From Eubacteriales bacterium (GTDB taxonomy: Bacteria; Bacillota; Clostridia; Oscillospirales; CAG-272), in assembly GCA_045126855.1 (NCBI GenBank), contig JBGVPG010000009.1:83717-147716 (forward strand): a DNA stretch of 64,000 nt. The letters are read 5' to 3'. The notes beneath the pieces are model-generated. The model had not been told where the DNA came from, searched no databases, and saw only the letters and a program-made list of their open reading frames with translations. The translations under genes were made by a program, and so were the position numbers. Shown here one piece after another: positions 17,604 to 28,373 of this stretch (the first letter of the stretch is position 1; each line of letters begins with the position of its first letter).

Positions 17604-19688
17604 TTAATTATCTTCGGGATTTCTGTCGAAGAGGTCCTTGAGCTCCTCCTCGCTAAGCATTTCACCGCTTGCAAACTTCTTTTCAAGCTCCTCACGGCGA
17701 AGCTTTTCTTCCTCCTCCGCCTTGCGGTTATTTTCGTGAGCAACGTCATTTTCCTCGTCGCTCTGCTTCTGCTTGCGGAATGCAATATCCTCGATATCCT
17801 CAATCGTGGGATTTTCAAGCTCCATAGCAGCCTTAAACTGTTCCTCGTCCATAGACTCGTTCTTCAGAAGGAACTCCGCTACGAAATGAAGCTTATCAAT
17901 ATGCTCTGTAAGAATGCTCTCGCAACGCTTATAGGAATCGGTGATAATACGTCTGACCTCTTCGTCAATAAGCTTTGCTGTATCCTCGGAATAGTCGGGA
18001 GATGCAGAGAAATCCCTGCCAAGGAACACCTCGTCGTGAGCACCGGAATTACCGTAAAGGACAGGTCCGAGAATATCACTCATACCGTACTTGGTAACCA
18101 TCGCCCTGGCCCTTGCGGTAGCCTGCTTGATGTCGTTGGAAGCGCCTGTGGAAATATCCTCGAGAATAAGCTGCTCGGCAACACGTCCACCCATTCCGTA
18201 CACGATATCGTCAAGCATCTGACCCTTGGTCATTCCCATTCTGTCCTCGGTAGGAACGCTTACGGTTACACCGCCCGCATTACCTGCAGGAATAATTGTG
18301 ATATGCTTAACGGGATTAGTATGCTTACAATAATAAGAAGCAACTGCGTGACCAGCCTCGTGATAAGCACAAAGCTTGTTATCCGCTTCTGTTCTGACCT
18401 TCGTCTTTTTCTGAGGTCCAAGGAGAAGCTTCATATAGGACTCTTCAATATCTATCATACCGATAAGAGCCTTGTTTTTCTTTGCAGCGCGAAGTGCCGC
18501 TTCGTTCATAAGATTAGCAAGCTCTGCGCCGGTAAATCCAATAGTAGTCTGTGCAATCTTGCTGAGATCAACAGTCTCCTCGAGGGGTTTATTTCTGCAA
18601 TGGATCTTCAGAATTGCCTCTCTTCCCTTCATATCGGGATAATTTACTGTAACCTGTCTGTCAAATCGTCCGGGACGGAGAAGCGCAGGGTCAAGAATGT
18701 CAGGACGGTTTGTAGCGGCAAGAACGATAACGCCCGAGCTTGTTCCAAAGCCGTCCATCTCAACGAGAAGCTGGTTGAGAGTTTGTTCTCTCTCGTCGTG
18801 TCCACCGCCAAGGCCCGCACCTCTGTGTCGACCAACAGCGTCTATCTCGTCGATAAAGATGATGCTGGCAGGGGTTTTTCTCGCATTATTGAAAAGATCT
18901 CTTACACGGGACGCTCCGACACCAACATACATTTCAAGGAAATCAGAACCCGAAATTGAGAAGAAAGGAACTCCTGCCTCGCCTGCAACAGCCTTTGCAA
19001 GAAGAGTTTTACCAGTACCGGGAGGGCCTACAAGCAGAACGCCCCTGGGCATTCTTGCGCCAAGCTTCAGGAACTTCTGTGGATCCTTCAGGAACTGAAC
19101 GATTTCCTCAAGCTCCGCCTTCTCCTCATCTGCACCTGCAACGTCGGCAAACTTCACGTCGTTCTTGTCGCCGATTATCATCTTTGCAGTAGATTTTCCA
19201 AAGGAATTCATTTTACCAATACCGCCGTCGGCGCCAGCACGTCTGAACATAAATATGAACAGACCGACTGTAAGCAAACCAATAACGGCGTAAGGAATTA
19301 ACGCCTGCCAGAATGCAGAGTTGGAGTATTTGAAATCATACTCCTTCAGATTTGTCATGCTGCCGCTATCGACAATAGACATAATCTTCTTTATCTGAAG
19401 CTCATAACTGAAATTATAGCTATGATTCTCTACTTTTGGCTCACCCTTGTCGTTTACGGCAAATGTGTAACTGCCATCCTCGTTCTTTGTTGCAACGTAG
19501 GCATTTAGTGTAATCTTGCCGTTATCGTCAACAACGAAGTCACGTACCAGATCCTCCTCGAACAGGTCGACGAGCTCGCTGTAGGTGAATTTATCCTTGT
19601 TCACTCTACCTTCCAGTACGGCGCTGAGGACAAGAACCACGCTTATGATCAGTATAAGCGAAATTATGCTTTTTAAATTAGCCTTCAT
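17604..19688 (-). CDS. ftsH: ATP-dependent zinc metalloprotease FtsH
   Basis: 694 aa. N-terminal TM pair, Walker A GPPGTGKT, zinc site HEAGHA and an acidic C-terminal tail. Confidence 0.97.
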   Translation of the reverse strand: MKANLKSIISLILIISVVLVLSAVLEGRVNKDKFTYSELVDLFEEDLVRDFVVDDNGKITLNAYVATKNEDGSYTFAVNDKGEPKVENHSYNFSYELQIKKIMSIVDSGSMTNLKEYDFKYSNSAFWQALIPYAVIGLLTVGLFIFMFRRAGADGGIGKMNSFGKSTAKMIIGDKNDVKFADVAGADEEKAELEEIVQFLKDPQKFLKLGARMPRGVLLVGPPGTGKTLLAKAVAGEAGVPFFSISGSDFLEMYVGVGASRVRDLFNNARKTPASIIFIDEIDAVGRHRGAGLGGGHDEREQTLNQLLVEMDGFGTSSGVIVLAATNRPDILDPALLRPGRFDRQVTVNYPDMKGREAILKIHCRNKPLEETVDLSKIAQTTIGFTGAELANLMNEAALRAAKKNKALIGMIDIEESYMKLLLGPQKKTKVRTEADNKLCAYHEAGHAVASYYCKHTNPVKHITIIPAGNAGGVTVSVPTEDRMGMTKGQMLDDIVYGMGGRVAEQLILEDISTGASNDIKQATARARAMVTKYGMSDILGPVLYGNSGAHDEVFLGRDFSASPDYSEDTAKLIDEEVRRIITDSYKRCESILTEHIDKLHFVAEFLLKNESMDEEQFKAAMELENPTIEDIEDIAFRKQKQSDEENDVAHENNRKAEEEEKLRREELEKKFASGEMLSEEELKDLFDRNPEDN

Positions 19689-19770
19689 TAAGTATCTTCC
19701 ACGCCTTTCTTAGAAACCATTAATAATTATTTTAATCAAAAGATGCGACAATTAAACTCGAAATAATATA

Positions 19771-21171
19771 CTATTTCTTCTCTGCCAAAACGGCATACAG
19801 TTCGCATCTTTCTTCCCTAGGTACACCGTCATCACGAACGGCAAGCCCAGGAACCCATACCACGCCTTTGCTATCGCATAACAGCGGCATAGTTCTTCTC
19901 AACGATAATGGGATTTTCTTATCGCAAAATAGCTTTTTTACTTTATGCGTCATACCGCCGTAATAGACGGTATCACCATCCTTTTTGGGACGAAGGTACA
20001 AGCTACCGTCTATTATAGCAGAAGACAGATTTGCTTGTATTGAATTTTTGTAAACATTTGAAGAAATTTCTTCATTTTTATTTGACGTAAGAATAAAATC
20101 AGCATTAAATTGAGGAACAAAAGTAGATTCTTCAAGAATCTCAATTCTGTAATCTACGTCCTCATCAATTACATCGACGCTACATACTCCACGCTCGCAA
20201 ATAAATTTTTTATCGCCGAACAACGAGTAGACGAAGTTATCCTTATCAAGCAGATCATATATATCATGAGCAACCGAAGAGGAAAGATAACCTGCATCAT
20301 AACCCGACATCAAGGTCAAAACCCTGACAAAGAGGGCAAAATGAAGAGACGCAAGGTCGGAGTTTGTGATTTTTTCTTTGGATCTGATAAAATCGGCCGC
20401 CATCTGAGAAATAAACTCGTCATCACTTCTGAGATTTTCCGAAAAACGAGAAATCATTTTCTCAGGCTCTGGAGTAAGCTTTTCAAGGCTTGGAACAATG
20501 GCGTGACGGACGAGATTACGTGAATATTCATCGGAAAGATTGGTGCTATCCGTTACGTAAGGAAGACCTGTATTGTCAAGCACGGACAATATCTCTTTTT
20601 TTGAAACCCCGATAAGAGGTCTTATGATATTATCTCTGACCGGTCTAATGCCCGATGCTCCACGAGCCCCACTTCCACGAAGAATATTGAAAAGAACAGT
20701 CTCACAGTTATCACTCATATTGTGTGCAACCGCAATCGCTGATAAATCATTTCTGCCCTGGATTATATCTCCAAAAATGGAATATCTAGCCTCTCGTGCT
20801 GCCTGTTCAACTCCAATATTCCTGTTAGCAGCTATGCTGGGAACATCACGTTTTTCACAGATAAACTCAATCCCAAGCTTTTGGCAAAGCTCACGACAGA
20901 AATTCTCGTCGGCATCTGCCTCCTCACCGCGAATCGAGTGATTGACGTGCACGGCGGTAAGCCTAAAATCCTTGCCGATTCTATTTCTGTATTCAACGAG
21001 CAGGCACAGAAGCATCACAGAATCTGCTCCACCCGAAAGGCCGAGAAGAACGCCCTGCTCTATCATTTTATCCATTCCGCAGTCAAGAATGCACTTCTCT
21101 GCTTTGCGGTAGATATCCGCACCGACTCCGCAAAACATATCGGAGATTCGGTCGGAATTAATTTTTAGCAT
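19771..21171 (-). CDS. tilS: tRNA(Ile)-lysidine synthetase TilS
   Basis: PP-loop LSGGADS. The 569-aa ORF in the track over-extends into dnaB. Likely start is ATG 21171, 5 nt after GAGGA and overlapping the last 14 nt of dnaB. ATG 21138 is an alternative. Confidence 0.85.
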   Translation of the reverse strand: MLKINSDRISDMFCGVGADIYRKAEKCILDCGMDKMIEQGVLLGLSGGADSVMLLCLLVEYRNRIGKDFRLTAVHVNHSIRGEEADADENFCRELCQKLGIEFICEKRDVPSIAANRNIGVEQAAREARYSIFGDIIQGRNDLSAIAVAHNMSDNCETVLFNILRGSGARGASGIRPVRDNIIRPLIGVSKKEILSVLDNTGLPYVTDSTNLSDEYSRNLVRHAIVPSLEKLTPEPEKMISRFSENLRSDDEFISQMAADFIRSKEKITNSDLASLHFALFVRVLTLMSGYDAGYLSSSVAHDIYDLLDKDNFVYSLFGDKKFICERGVCSVDVIDEDVDYRIEILEESTFVPQFNADFILTSNKNEEISSNVYKNSIQANLSSAIIDGSLYLRPKKDGDTVYYGGMTHKVKKLFCDKKIPLSLRRTMPLLCDSKGVVWVPGLAVRDDGVPREERCELYAVLAEKK

Positions 21172-22522
21172 AATCATCCTCAAGAGTACGGAATTTGGTG
21201 AACTGTCCAATCCATCCCATCTTAACGTTGCCGACAGATCCGTGTCTGTTTTTGGCAATAATAACCTCTGCGGTATTTGCACTATCTGCTTCCTCGGGTG
21301 AGGTATCGGCACCACTGATATCCTTGTAGTACTCATCTCTGTAAAGGAAGAGAACGATATCAGCATCCTGCTCGATAGAACCGGAATCACGAAGATCGGC
21401 AAGAGTAGGACGCTTACCTGCGCCGGGTCTGGATTCTGTACCACGGTTAAGCTGAGCGCAAACAACAAAGGGTACGCCAAAGTCCTTCGCCATGATCTTC
21501 AGATTACGAGAAATCTCGCCAACCTGCTGTGCACGGTTATCACTATTAGATGTGGTCTGCATAAGACCGATATAGTCTACGACCACAAGTCCGAGATTTG
21601 GGAGACGCCTTAACTTAGACTTCATCTCGGTAGTAGTAAGTGCGGAGGTATCGTCAACGTAGATCTCGCATCCCGAGAGAGATGCAATTACGTCGGCAAT
21701 ATTATCCCAATCCTCGTTTTTCAGCTGGCCGGTACGCATACTGTGCGAGTCGACCATCGCTTCACTGGAAAGAATTCTCGATGCAAGCTGCTCGCCCGAC
21801 ATCTCGAGGGAGAAAATTGCAACGGATTTTTTGGAATTCCTTGCAACGTTGGTTGCAATGTTAAGCGCAAATGAGGTTTTACCCATACCGGGACGTGCGC
21901 CGACGATAATAAGGTCGCCCTTACCCATCTGCACCAGCATTCTGTCAAGGCCGGAAAATCCGGTCTTCGATCCAGAAACAGCGCCTTTTGTTTCAGAAAG
22001 GATCTCCATATCACGGTAAACGTTCTGAAGCACGTCACGGATATGCCTGAACTCCTTTGAATCTTTGTTATGAGAAATATCAAAAATCTTCTGCTCTGCA
22101 CTGTCAACGACGGTGCGAACGTCGGATTCATTGTATGCATCCTCGTTAATCTCGTTGCATACGCTGATAAGCTTTCTTAAGGTGGCTTTATCCTTTACGA
22201 TACGGGCATAATCCTTTACGTTTGCGGCGGATGGAACCGACTCGGCAATAAGTGTGATATACTGAATACCGCCGGCCTCATCTCGATCGCCGTTCTCAAC
22301 CAATGCGTTAACAAGGGTAACTACGTCAATGGTTTTGTTCTTGCTATACATGGAAAGAAGTGCGCTGAAAATATGCTTATGCTCGTCGAGGTAGAAATCC
22401 TCGGTATTAATCATTCCGCCAATCTTATCGAAAGAATCAGGACTGACAATTATAGATCCCAGCAAAGCCTGTTCCGCTTCTATGGAAACCGGCAACTGAC
22501 GAATAATGCTTTGGTTGTCCAT
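21158..22522 (-). CDS. dnaB: replicative DNA helicase (DnaB family; DnaC in B. subtilis nomenclature)
   Basis: 454 aa. N-terminal domain PVSIEAEQALLGSII, Walker A GARPGMGKTSF and RecA-like C-terminal domain. Confidence 0.96.
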   Translation of the reverse strand: MDNQSIIRQLPVSIEAEQALLGSIIVSPDSFDKIGGMINTEDFYLDEHKHIFSALLSMYSKNKTIDVVTLVNALVENGDRDEAGGIQYITLIAESVPSAANVKDYARIVKDKATLRKLISVCNEINEDAYNESDVRTVVDSAEQKIFDISHNKDSKEFRHIRDVLQNVYRDMEILSETKGAVSGSKTGFSGLDRMLVQMGKGDLIIVGARPGMGKTSFALNIATNVARNSKKSVAIFSLEMSGEQLASRILSSEAMVDSHSMRTGQLKNEDWDNIADVIASLSGCEIYVDDTSALTTTEMKSKLRRLPNLGLVVVDYIGLMQTTSNSDNRAQQVGEISRNLKIMAKDFGVPFVVCAQLNRGTESRPGAGKRPTLADLRDSGSIEQDADIVLFLYRDEYYKDISGADTSPEEADSANTAEVIIAKNRHGSVGNVKMGWIGQFTKFRTLEDDYAKN

Positions 22523-22551
22523 TTTTGTCTTTTCCTTTCAAAATTTAGAAT

Positions 22552-22995
22552 TTAATCGTGAACGTGTACGACAAATTTCGCAACGATATCACCAAGGATC
22601 TTATACTGAACGTCATGCTTTCCGTACGCCTTGATAGTATCCTTCATAATGATCTTACGCTTATCAATGTCGCTGCCGATTCTGCGCTTGAGCTCCTCAG
22701 CAATATCCTTCGCAGTAACAGAACCGTAAAGACGACCGTCGGCACCGTGACCCATAACGATCTCGATCTCCACGTTGTTTATCTTCTCAGCAAGAGCCAA
22801 AGCAGCCTTTCTGTCCTCGTTGATTTTATACTGTCTTGCTTCCTCTTTATTTTTCAGCTCGTTAGTAGCCTTAGCATCGGCAGGAACTGCCTTTTTCTGA
22901 GGGAAAAGGAAATTTCTTGCGTATCCGTCGGATACTTCAACGATCTGATCCTTCTTACCCTGACCCTTAACGTCGCAAAGTAAAATAACCTTCAT
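22552..22995 (-). CDS. rplI: 50S ribosomal protein L9
   Basis: 147 aa. [30 protein letters not shown] is the canonical L9 N-terminus. Confidence 0.96.
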   Translation of the reverse strand: MKVILLCDVKGQGKKDQIVEVSDGYARNFLFPQKKAVPADAKATNELKNKEEARQYKINEDRKAALALAEKINNVEIEIVMGHGADGRLYGSVTAKDIAEELKRRIGSDIDKRKIIMKDTIKAYGKHDVQYKILGDIVAKFVVHVHD

Positions 22996-23021
22996 TTATT
23001 TTCTCCAATCTATGTTGTATG

Positions 23022-25031
23022 TTATACGGGATTTATCTCAAGATACTCATCTATACTCTTCTTCAGGGTTTCGAGGACCTCAACAATGGAATCCGAAACG
23101 ACCTGAGCACCTGCGACGTCGAAATGACCGCCGCCACGGAGCTTTTCAAGAATAAGCTGAACGTTTATCTTGCCGGCAGAACGGCCGGAAATATGAATCT
23201 GCTCACCGATTCTTACAAGAGTGAACGCCGCCGCAACACCACGAAGGGTAAGCATCTTATCGGCTGCCTTAGAGGCAATTACTCTATAAGACTCATCGGT
23301 CTCTCCCTCGCAGCACGCAAGGGCGATCTGACCCTTGTACATGATGATCGAGGTATGGAAGCGTGCTTCCTTGGAAAGGTCCTCGGGAGCCGCCTTAAAG
23401 AGGTTGTATACGTCTGTTGGGTTGGCACCTGCACCACGAAGGTACTGGGCTGCACCAAAGGTACGTGTTCCTGTATTTCTGGTAAACTGCTTGGTATCAA
23501 GAAGAATACCCGAAAGAAGTATGTCTGCCTCCTCCTTGAGAAGGTTCTGAGAGCTTACTGCACTCTCAAGCATCTCGGATACAAGCTCACAGGTAGATGA
23601 CGCCGAAGGCTCGATATAAGAGAGCTTTACGGTCTCAGCCGCCTTATCATTCTTTCTGTGGTGGTCAATAACAGCCACGCTTGCAGCCTTGGAGGCGATA
23701 TCCGAGAACTGTGCTCTGGGAATGGTATTATGGTCAACAAGGACAACGAGGGTCTCTGGACCTATCAGGTCAAGACCTGCCGCATTATCAACGAACACCT
23801 GAGAATACATCTCTGTTCTCTGCATCATTTCAACGCATGGACGAAGGTTTCTGTCAGTAAGATCGACGGCAATATTAACCTTAATTCCGCAAAGCATGGC
23901 AAGTCTTGCAACACCAATAGATGCGCCAAAGGAATCGAAGTCACCGTATCTGTGACCCATTATAATGACGTTATCCGATCTTGACATCATAGCAGTCAAC
24001 TGGTTAGCAAAGGATCTTGAACGAACGTTCGATCTCTTGTAAACCGTCTTGGTTCTACCGCCAAAGTAAACGGTTTCGTTCTCAGACTTATATACCGCCT
24101 GGTCACCGCCTCGCTGGAGGGCAAGATCTATGGCGTCTCTGGCATCAAGCTCACGGTCGTAAAGAGTTCCCTGTCTTCTGGATACGCCGATGGATACCGT
24201 GATGGACACGCCATCGCCTACTCTGGCATCACGGATACTATCGAGAATTTCAAACCTGTTTTCGATGCAATCGTCAAGATACATGGAATCGAAGAACATG
24301 ATGTATTTATCGTTATCGTATGACTTGATAACGCCGTTCATAGATGCTGCCCAGGCCTTGAGCTTCTCCTCAATGCTTACGACTGCATCGGCAAACTTTT
24401 CGTGAACGTACTGAAGCACGTCTTCAATATTGTCTATTGCGATATAAGCAACAGCAACTCTCTCGTCGGCATATTTCTTTTCGAGGATCTGAAGCTCGGT
24501 AACGTCGGAAAGCATGGCAAGATAAAGGCCGTTACTCTTCTTAGAAACAACGAAGCCTTCAATACTGTAAATGTTATCACCAACGGTTACTCTGCACTCG
24601 CCCGTATCAACGTCTTCCATAGTGAAATTGAGCACGGTAGATATCTTCTCACCAATGTAATTGTTGTAAGAATCGAGAGCTGAACGCATTGCATCGTTGT
24701 ACCAAAGAATGGTTCCGAGAAAATCAAAGATGATTATGGGAGACTTGGAATTTTTGAACACAAGACTTCCCTCCTCACCAAGCAATCCGTGGATACCGGG
24801 GGTTGGGTGAATTCTTGATTTAGCAATACGTCTGATACCAATAACGGCGATCTCAATCAGGTAAATAACGCCTACGATTATAGCTACAAAAATAGGCTCA
24901 ACCAAGGGAAGAAGATCGCAGATTAACGTTGCCAGAGCTATATTCAGCACGCCGAAAGCGGCATACAATATCATATCCTGCCTTGAGGCATAGGGGATAT
25001 GCATATTCTGATTATCCTTTTCGTTTTTCAT
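23022..25031 (-). CDS. gdpP: cyclic-di-AMP phosphodiesterase GdpP (YybT)
   Basis: 669 aa. Two N-terminal TM helices, PAS-like and degenerate GGDEF regions, DHH motifs (GDFDS, VIDHH) and DHHA1 GGGH. Position between yybS and rplI supports the call. Confidence 0.9.
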   Translation of the reverse strand: MKNEKDNQNMHIPYASRQDMILYAAFGVLNIALATLICDLLPLVEPIFVAIIVGVIYLIEIAVIGIRRIAKSRIHPTPGIHGLLGEEGSLVFKNSKSPIIIFDFLGTILWYNDAMRSALDSYNNYIGEKISTVLNFTMEDVDTGECRVTVGDNIYSIEGFVVSKKSNGLYLAMLSDVTELQILEKKYADERVAVAYIAIDNIEDVLQYVHEKFADAVVSIEEKLKAWAASMNGVIKSYDNDKYIMFFDSMYLDDCIENRFEILDSIRDARVGDGVSITVSIGVSRRQGTLYDRELDARDAIDLALQRGGDQAVYKSENETVYFGGRTKTVYKRSNVRSRSFANQLTAMMSRSDNVIIMGHRYGDFDSFGASIGVARLAMLCGIKVNIAVDLTDRNLRPCVEMMQRTEMYSQVFVDNAAGLDLIGPETLVVLVDHNTIPRAQFSDIASKAASVAVIDHHRKNDKAAETVKLSYIEPSASSTCELVSEMLESAVSSQNLLKEEADILLSGILLDTKQFTRNTGTRTFGAAQYLRGAGANPTDVYNLFKAAPEDLSKEARFHTSIIMYKGQIALACCEGETDESYRVIASKAADKMLTLRGVAAAFTLVRIGEQIHISGRSAGKINVQLILEKLRGGGHFDVAGAQVVSDSIVEVLETLKKSIDEYLEINPV

Positions 25032-25060
25032 AAGCGGATATCCTTTCTTATGATGTCAAT

Positions 25061-26050
25061 TTATTGCTCTTCCTTGAACGAGAGCTCCCTGTTTTTTCTT
25101 ATAGTAAAAAGCACGCCGAACATGGCTAAGAGGCCAAGTGCCATAGACATTGCAAGCAAAGTGATCACCAATAAAATGATAATCGATGTGGATGGTTTAA
25201 ATTTGATGGAGAGCACGGTTGCCGCATAATTGAAGCCAACATACGCATAGACAACCATGAAAATATTGTAGAGGTTGCCGACGGCTATTCCAAGCACACC
25301 GTTGGACATAGACGTGAGAATACTAAGAACAACCAGAATAATATAGAAGTATGCGAAAACGTTGGACGTCATAAATCTCCAGCTAATAACGGGAGATTTA
25401 TCCTCTGCAATCCTGCTGAATACTGCATCAAAGGTTTTCATCGAAATACCAACCAAAACGAAGCCAACGATGACTATATAGGAAATTACCATTGAAAGTT
25501 GTGCATCAAAGGCAGCGGCAACCATAGCTTCGGTGATCTCAATTCCTCTGACGGACATCATCATAGCGTATGCTTCGTAAGTGGTCTGAACGTAGAGCGT
25601 TCTTAATTCAGAGATGAATCCTTCATAATATGACAATACCTCAGCGAAATTCAAGGTGTTCAACTCAATAATGGGTATTAGTGCAAGATTTATAACGCTG
25701 AAAATTGCGCAAACCACGGTCAAGACGAATATTGCCTCCGACTTTTCTCTCCTCTTAACAAAAAAGGTGAAGAAAAGTACTGCAAATACGACGCTTTCAA
25801 GACCAACAAAGTTTAATCCAACCTTTAGTCCTATGGCGAGTGCGTTGATCAAAACCAGCAGCACCGAGGTAATGATGCCGATCCTTTTTTTACCACCGTC
25901 AAAAACAAATATCAGTGCGAGAAGTGCACCTGTAAAAGGAAGGAGCATATCTCCAACCAAAATTGATAGCACACCAAGAAGCAAACATAAAAGAGACAAA
26001 ATTACGAGTGTCTTTTTTTGAGATAAAGAAGACTTTAATTTGATTTCCAT
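25061..26050 (-). CDS. yybS: YybS-family (DUF2232) polytopic membrane protein
   Basis: Polytopic hydrophobic protein at the conserved position upstream of gdpP-rplI-dnaB. Start moved to ATG 26050 (MEIKLK), 5 nt after ACGGAG. The track ATG at 26065 has no SD. Confidence 0.7.
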   Translation of the reverse strand: MEIKLKSSLSQKKTLVILSLLCLLLGVLSILVGDMLLPFTGALLALIFVFDGGKKRIGIITSVLLVLINALAIGLKVGLNFVGLESVVFAVLFFTFFVKRREKSEAIFVLTVVCAIFSVINLALIPIIELNTLNFAEVLSYYEGFISELRTLYVQTTYEAYAMMMSVRGIEITEAMVAAAFDAQLSMVISYIVIVGFVLVGISMKTFDAVFSRIAEDKSPVISWRFMTSNVFAYFYIILVVLSILTSMSNGVLGIAVGNLYNIFMVVYAYVGFNYAATVLSIKFKPSTSIIILLVITLLAMSMALGLLAMFGVLFTIRKNRELSFKEEQ

Positions 26051-26078
26051 ATATGCTCCGTTCATAATTTTTCATAAT

Positions 26079-26107
26079 ATTATATCACATTATAATTATT
26101 TTGTAAA
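26079..26107 (-). promoter_or_regulatory. sigma-A type promoter of the yybS-gdpP-rplI-dnaB block
   Basis: On the minus strand: TTTACA (26107-26102), 17-nt spacer, TATAAT (26084-26079). Confidence 0.55.
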
Positions 26108-26156
26108 GATTTTTTTATAATTTTATTTTAAATAAACATTATTTTTATATTTTCTA

Positions 26157-26185
26157 TTGAAAAAATTGCAAGAATAGTGTAAAAT
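26157..26185 (+). promoter_or_regulatory. candidate promoter of recG
   Basis: TTGAAA (26157-26162), 17-nt spacer, TAAAAT (26180-26185). Confidence 0.45.
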
Positions 26186-26226
26186 ATATTTGTATAATTA
26201 TGCCCAAAGGAAAGGAGGACAAAAAT

Positions 26227-28356
26227 TTGCTAAACGGTAATACCCCCGTGTCAGCGCTTAACGGAGTTGGTAAAGTCAGAGCCAAGCAGCTTGAGAGACT
26301 AGGTATTCGCACCTTGAATGATCTCATCTACTTCTTCCCTCGTGCCTATGAAAAACGTGGTGACGTGCGTCCTCTTTCTCATTTTGAACCCGACAGACCT
26401 GCCTCGTATATACTAACGGTTGCAAAGGGCGTTACACAAAGCAATATCCGACGTGGGCTTACCCTATCGAAGTTCCGTGCTTTCGACGAAAGCGGTTCGG
26501 TGGAGATAACCTACTTTAACAGCCCCTTTATTAAGGACGTCTTCCAGATTGGGTCTACGTTCAGATTTTGGGGTAAGGTTGAATTAAAAAAAGGCAAGCT
26601 TCAGATGACAAATCCGAAGCATGAGCCTTATGTGGAGGGTATTCCTCTGCCCGATTTTGTTCCCATTTATTCACTGACGGAGGGCATATCATCAAAGCAG
26701 ATCGACAAGCTGGTCCATTCTGCCATAAACGATGTTCTGCCCGAGATTATCGATCCAATTCCTGATAATCTGCGTATTGATAACTCTCTCCCCACCCTTA
26801 CTTTTGCTATAAAAAATGCGCATTTCCCCGAGAGCGAGGAGGCACTATTCTCGGCAAGAAAAAGGCTCGCTTTTGACGAAATGCTGCTCTTCGGTCTTGG
26901 CATTTCTCTTTCCGCAGCAAACAGAGACAGAGGCGAAGGAATCAAGCTGTCCCCCTGCTCTATGACCCCGTTCACATCTCTCCTTCCCTACGAGCTGACG
27001 TCGTCACAGAAGGCAGCTATAAACGACGTTTACCGTGATATGGTTCTTGGTACAGACGGCAAGATTTTGCCCATGGCAAGAATTATTGTTGGAGACGTTG
27101 GATGCGGTAAAACCGTCTGTGCTGCAGCTGCTGCATATATCACAGCGAAATCGGGATACCAAACTGCACTTATGGTACCAACCGAGATACTCGCAAGACA
27201 GCATTATACCGAGCTTTCCTCTATGCTGTCAAAGCTTGGTCTTCGTGTGGAGCTTTTGATTGGATCCACCTCCGCTAAGGAGAAAAAGCGCATCAGAGAT
27301 GGATTAATAAGCGGAGATATTGATATTTGTGTGGGCACTCACGCTCTAATATCCGACGGAGTTGATTTTACCAAGCTGGGTCTTGTAATAACCGACGAAC
27401 AGCACAGATTCGGTGTTAATCAGCGTGCTAAGCTCAAGGAAAAATCGGCCTCCGCCCACCTTCTCGTAATGAGCGCAACACCCATTCCCAGAACTCTGGC
27501 TCTCACCATGTACGGCGACCTGGATATTTCACGGATAACCGAGATGCCCAAAGGAAGGCAACGAGTCGATACATTTGTTGTAGACGAAAGTTACAGACAA
27601 AGACTTTACGATTTCATAAACAAGCAGATTGCTCTTGGAGGACAGTGCTATATCGTTTGCCCTTCGATCGAAGCAAACGAGGAAGACGGCTTCATTGTTG
27701 ACCGCGAAACCGGCGAGGTAATCAGCGAAGGCTCTTTAAATCTCAAGAGCGCGGTTGATTTTGCCGGCGAGGTTCAAAAGGCTCTTCCCCACCTCAACGT
27801 CGGAGTGCTTCACGGAAAAATGAAATCGGGAGAAAAGGATGCTGTCATGGCAGAATTCGCCGCAGGCAACATTCACGTTCTCGTATCAACAACCGTTATT
27901 GAAGTTGGAGTTAACGTTCCAAACGCTTCGTTAATGATAGTTGAAAACGCTGAACGCTTTGGACTTTCACAGCTTCACCAGCTCCGCGGTCGAGTCGGCA
28001 GAGGTAAGAGGAAATCCTACTGCATTCTCGTATCCGATATAAAATCTCCGAAATCGAGAGAGAGACTCGAGGTAATGAGAACTACTTACGACGGATTTGA
28101 GATAGCCGAGAAGGATCTTCTTCTAAGAGGTCCGGGTGACTTCTTCTCTTCAGTTTCCGGTGATAATCTAAGGCAGAGTGGTGGTTTTGAGTTTAAATTC
28201 GCTTCAAGCTGCGATTCCTCCGAGCTTTTTGCAACGGCATTCTCGGCGGCAAAATCCATTATACAATCAGACCCCACGCTATCACTTCCCGTACATGAGG
28301 GGCTTCGCAGAGAGGTCGAAAGCAAAATCAAGGTTGAGTCATCAACCATCTCATAA
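26227..28356 (+). CDS. recG: ATP-dependent DNA helicase RecG
   Basis: Wedge domain, Walker A GDVGCGKT, DEQH box and QLHQLRGRVGRG. Start probably TTG 26227, 8 nt after AAAGGAGGA. The track ATG at 26200 has no SD. Confidence 0.93.
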   Translation: MLNGNTPVSALNGVGKVRAKQLERLGIRTLNDLIYFFPRAYEKRGDVRPLSHFEPDRPASYILTVAKGVTQSNIRRGLTLSKFRAFDESGSVEITYFNSPFIKDVFQIGSTFRFWGKVELKKGKLQMTNPKHEPYVEGIPLPDFVPIYSLTEGISSKQIDKLVHSAINDVLPEIIDPIPDNLRIDNSLPTLTFAIKNAHFPESEEALFSARKRLAFDEMLLFGLGISLSAANRDRGEGIKLSPCSMTPFTSLLPYELTSSQKAAINDVYRDMVLGTDGKILPMARIIVGDVGCGKTVCAAAAAYITAKSGYQTALMVPTEILARQHYTELSSMLSKLGLRVELLIGSTSAKEKKRIRDGLISGDIDICVGTHALISDGVDFTKLGLVITDEQHRFGVNQRAKLKEKSASAHLLVMSATPIPRTLALTMYGDLDISRITEMPKGRQRVDTFVVDESYRQRLYDFINKQIALGGQCYIVCPSIEANEEDGFIVDRETGEVISEGSLNLKSAVDFAGEVQKALPHLNVGVLHGKMKSGEKDAVMAEFAAGNIHVLVSTTVIEVGVNVPNASLMIVENAERFGLSQLHQLRGRVGRGKRKSYCILVSDIKSPKSRERLEVMRTTYDGFEIAEKDLLLRGPGDFFSSVSGDNLRQSGGFEFKFASSCDSSELFATAFSAAKSIIQSDPTLSLPVHEGLRREVESKIKVESSTIS

Positions 28357-28373
28357 ACAGAAAGGCATACATT

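Noticed and set aside
17736-18959. 407-aa plus-strand ORF antisense to ftsH.
   Set aside because: Codon-aligned antisense frame of a highly conserved gene. No SD and no family resemblance.
21172-21480. 5' extension of the tilS ORF (569 aa in the track), which would overlap about 320 nt of dnaB.
   Set aside because: The extension is out-of-frame read-through of the dnaB coding sequence, with no TilS-like sequence. A good SD plus ATG sits at 21171, just before the PP-loop domain.
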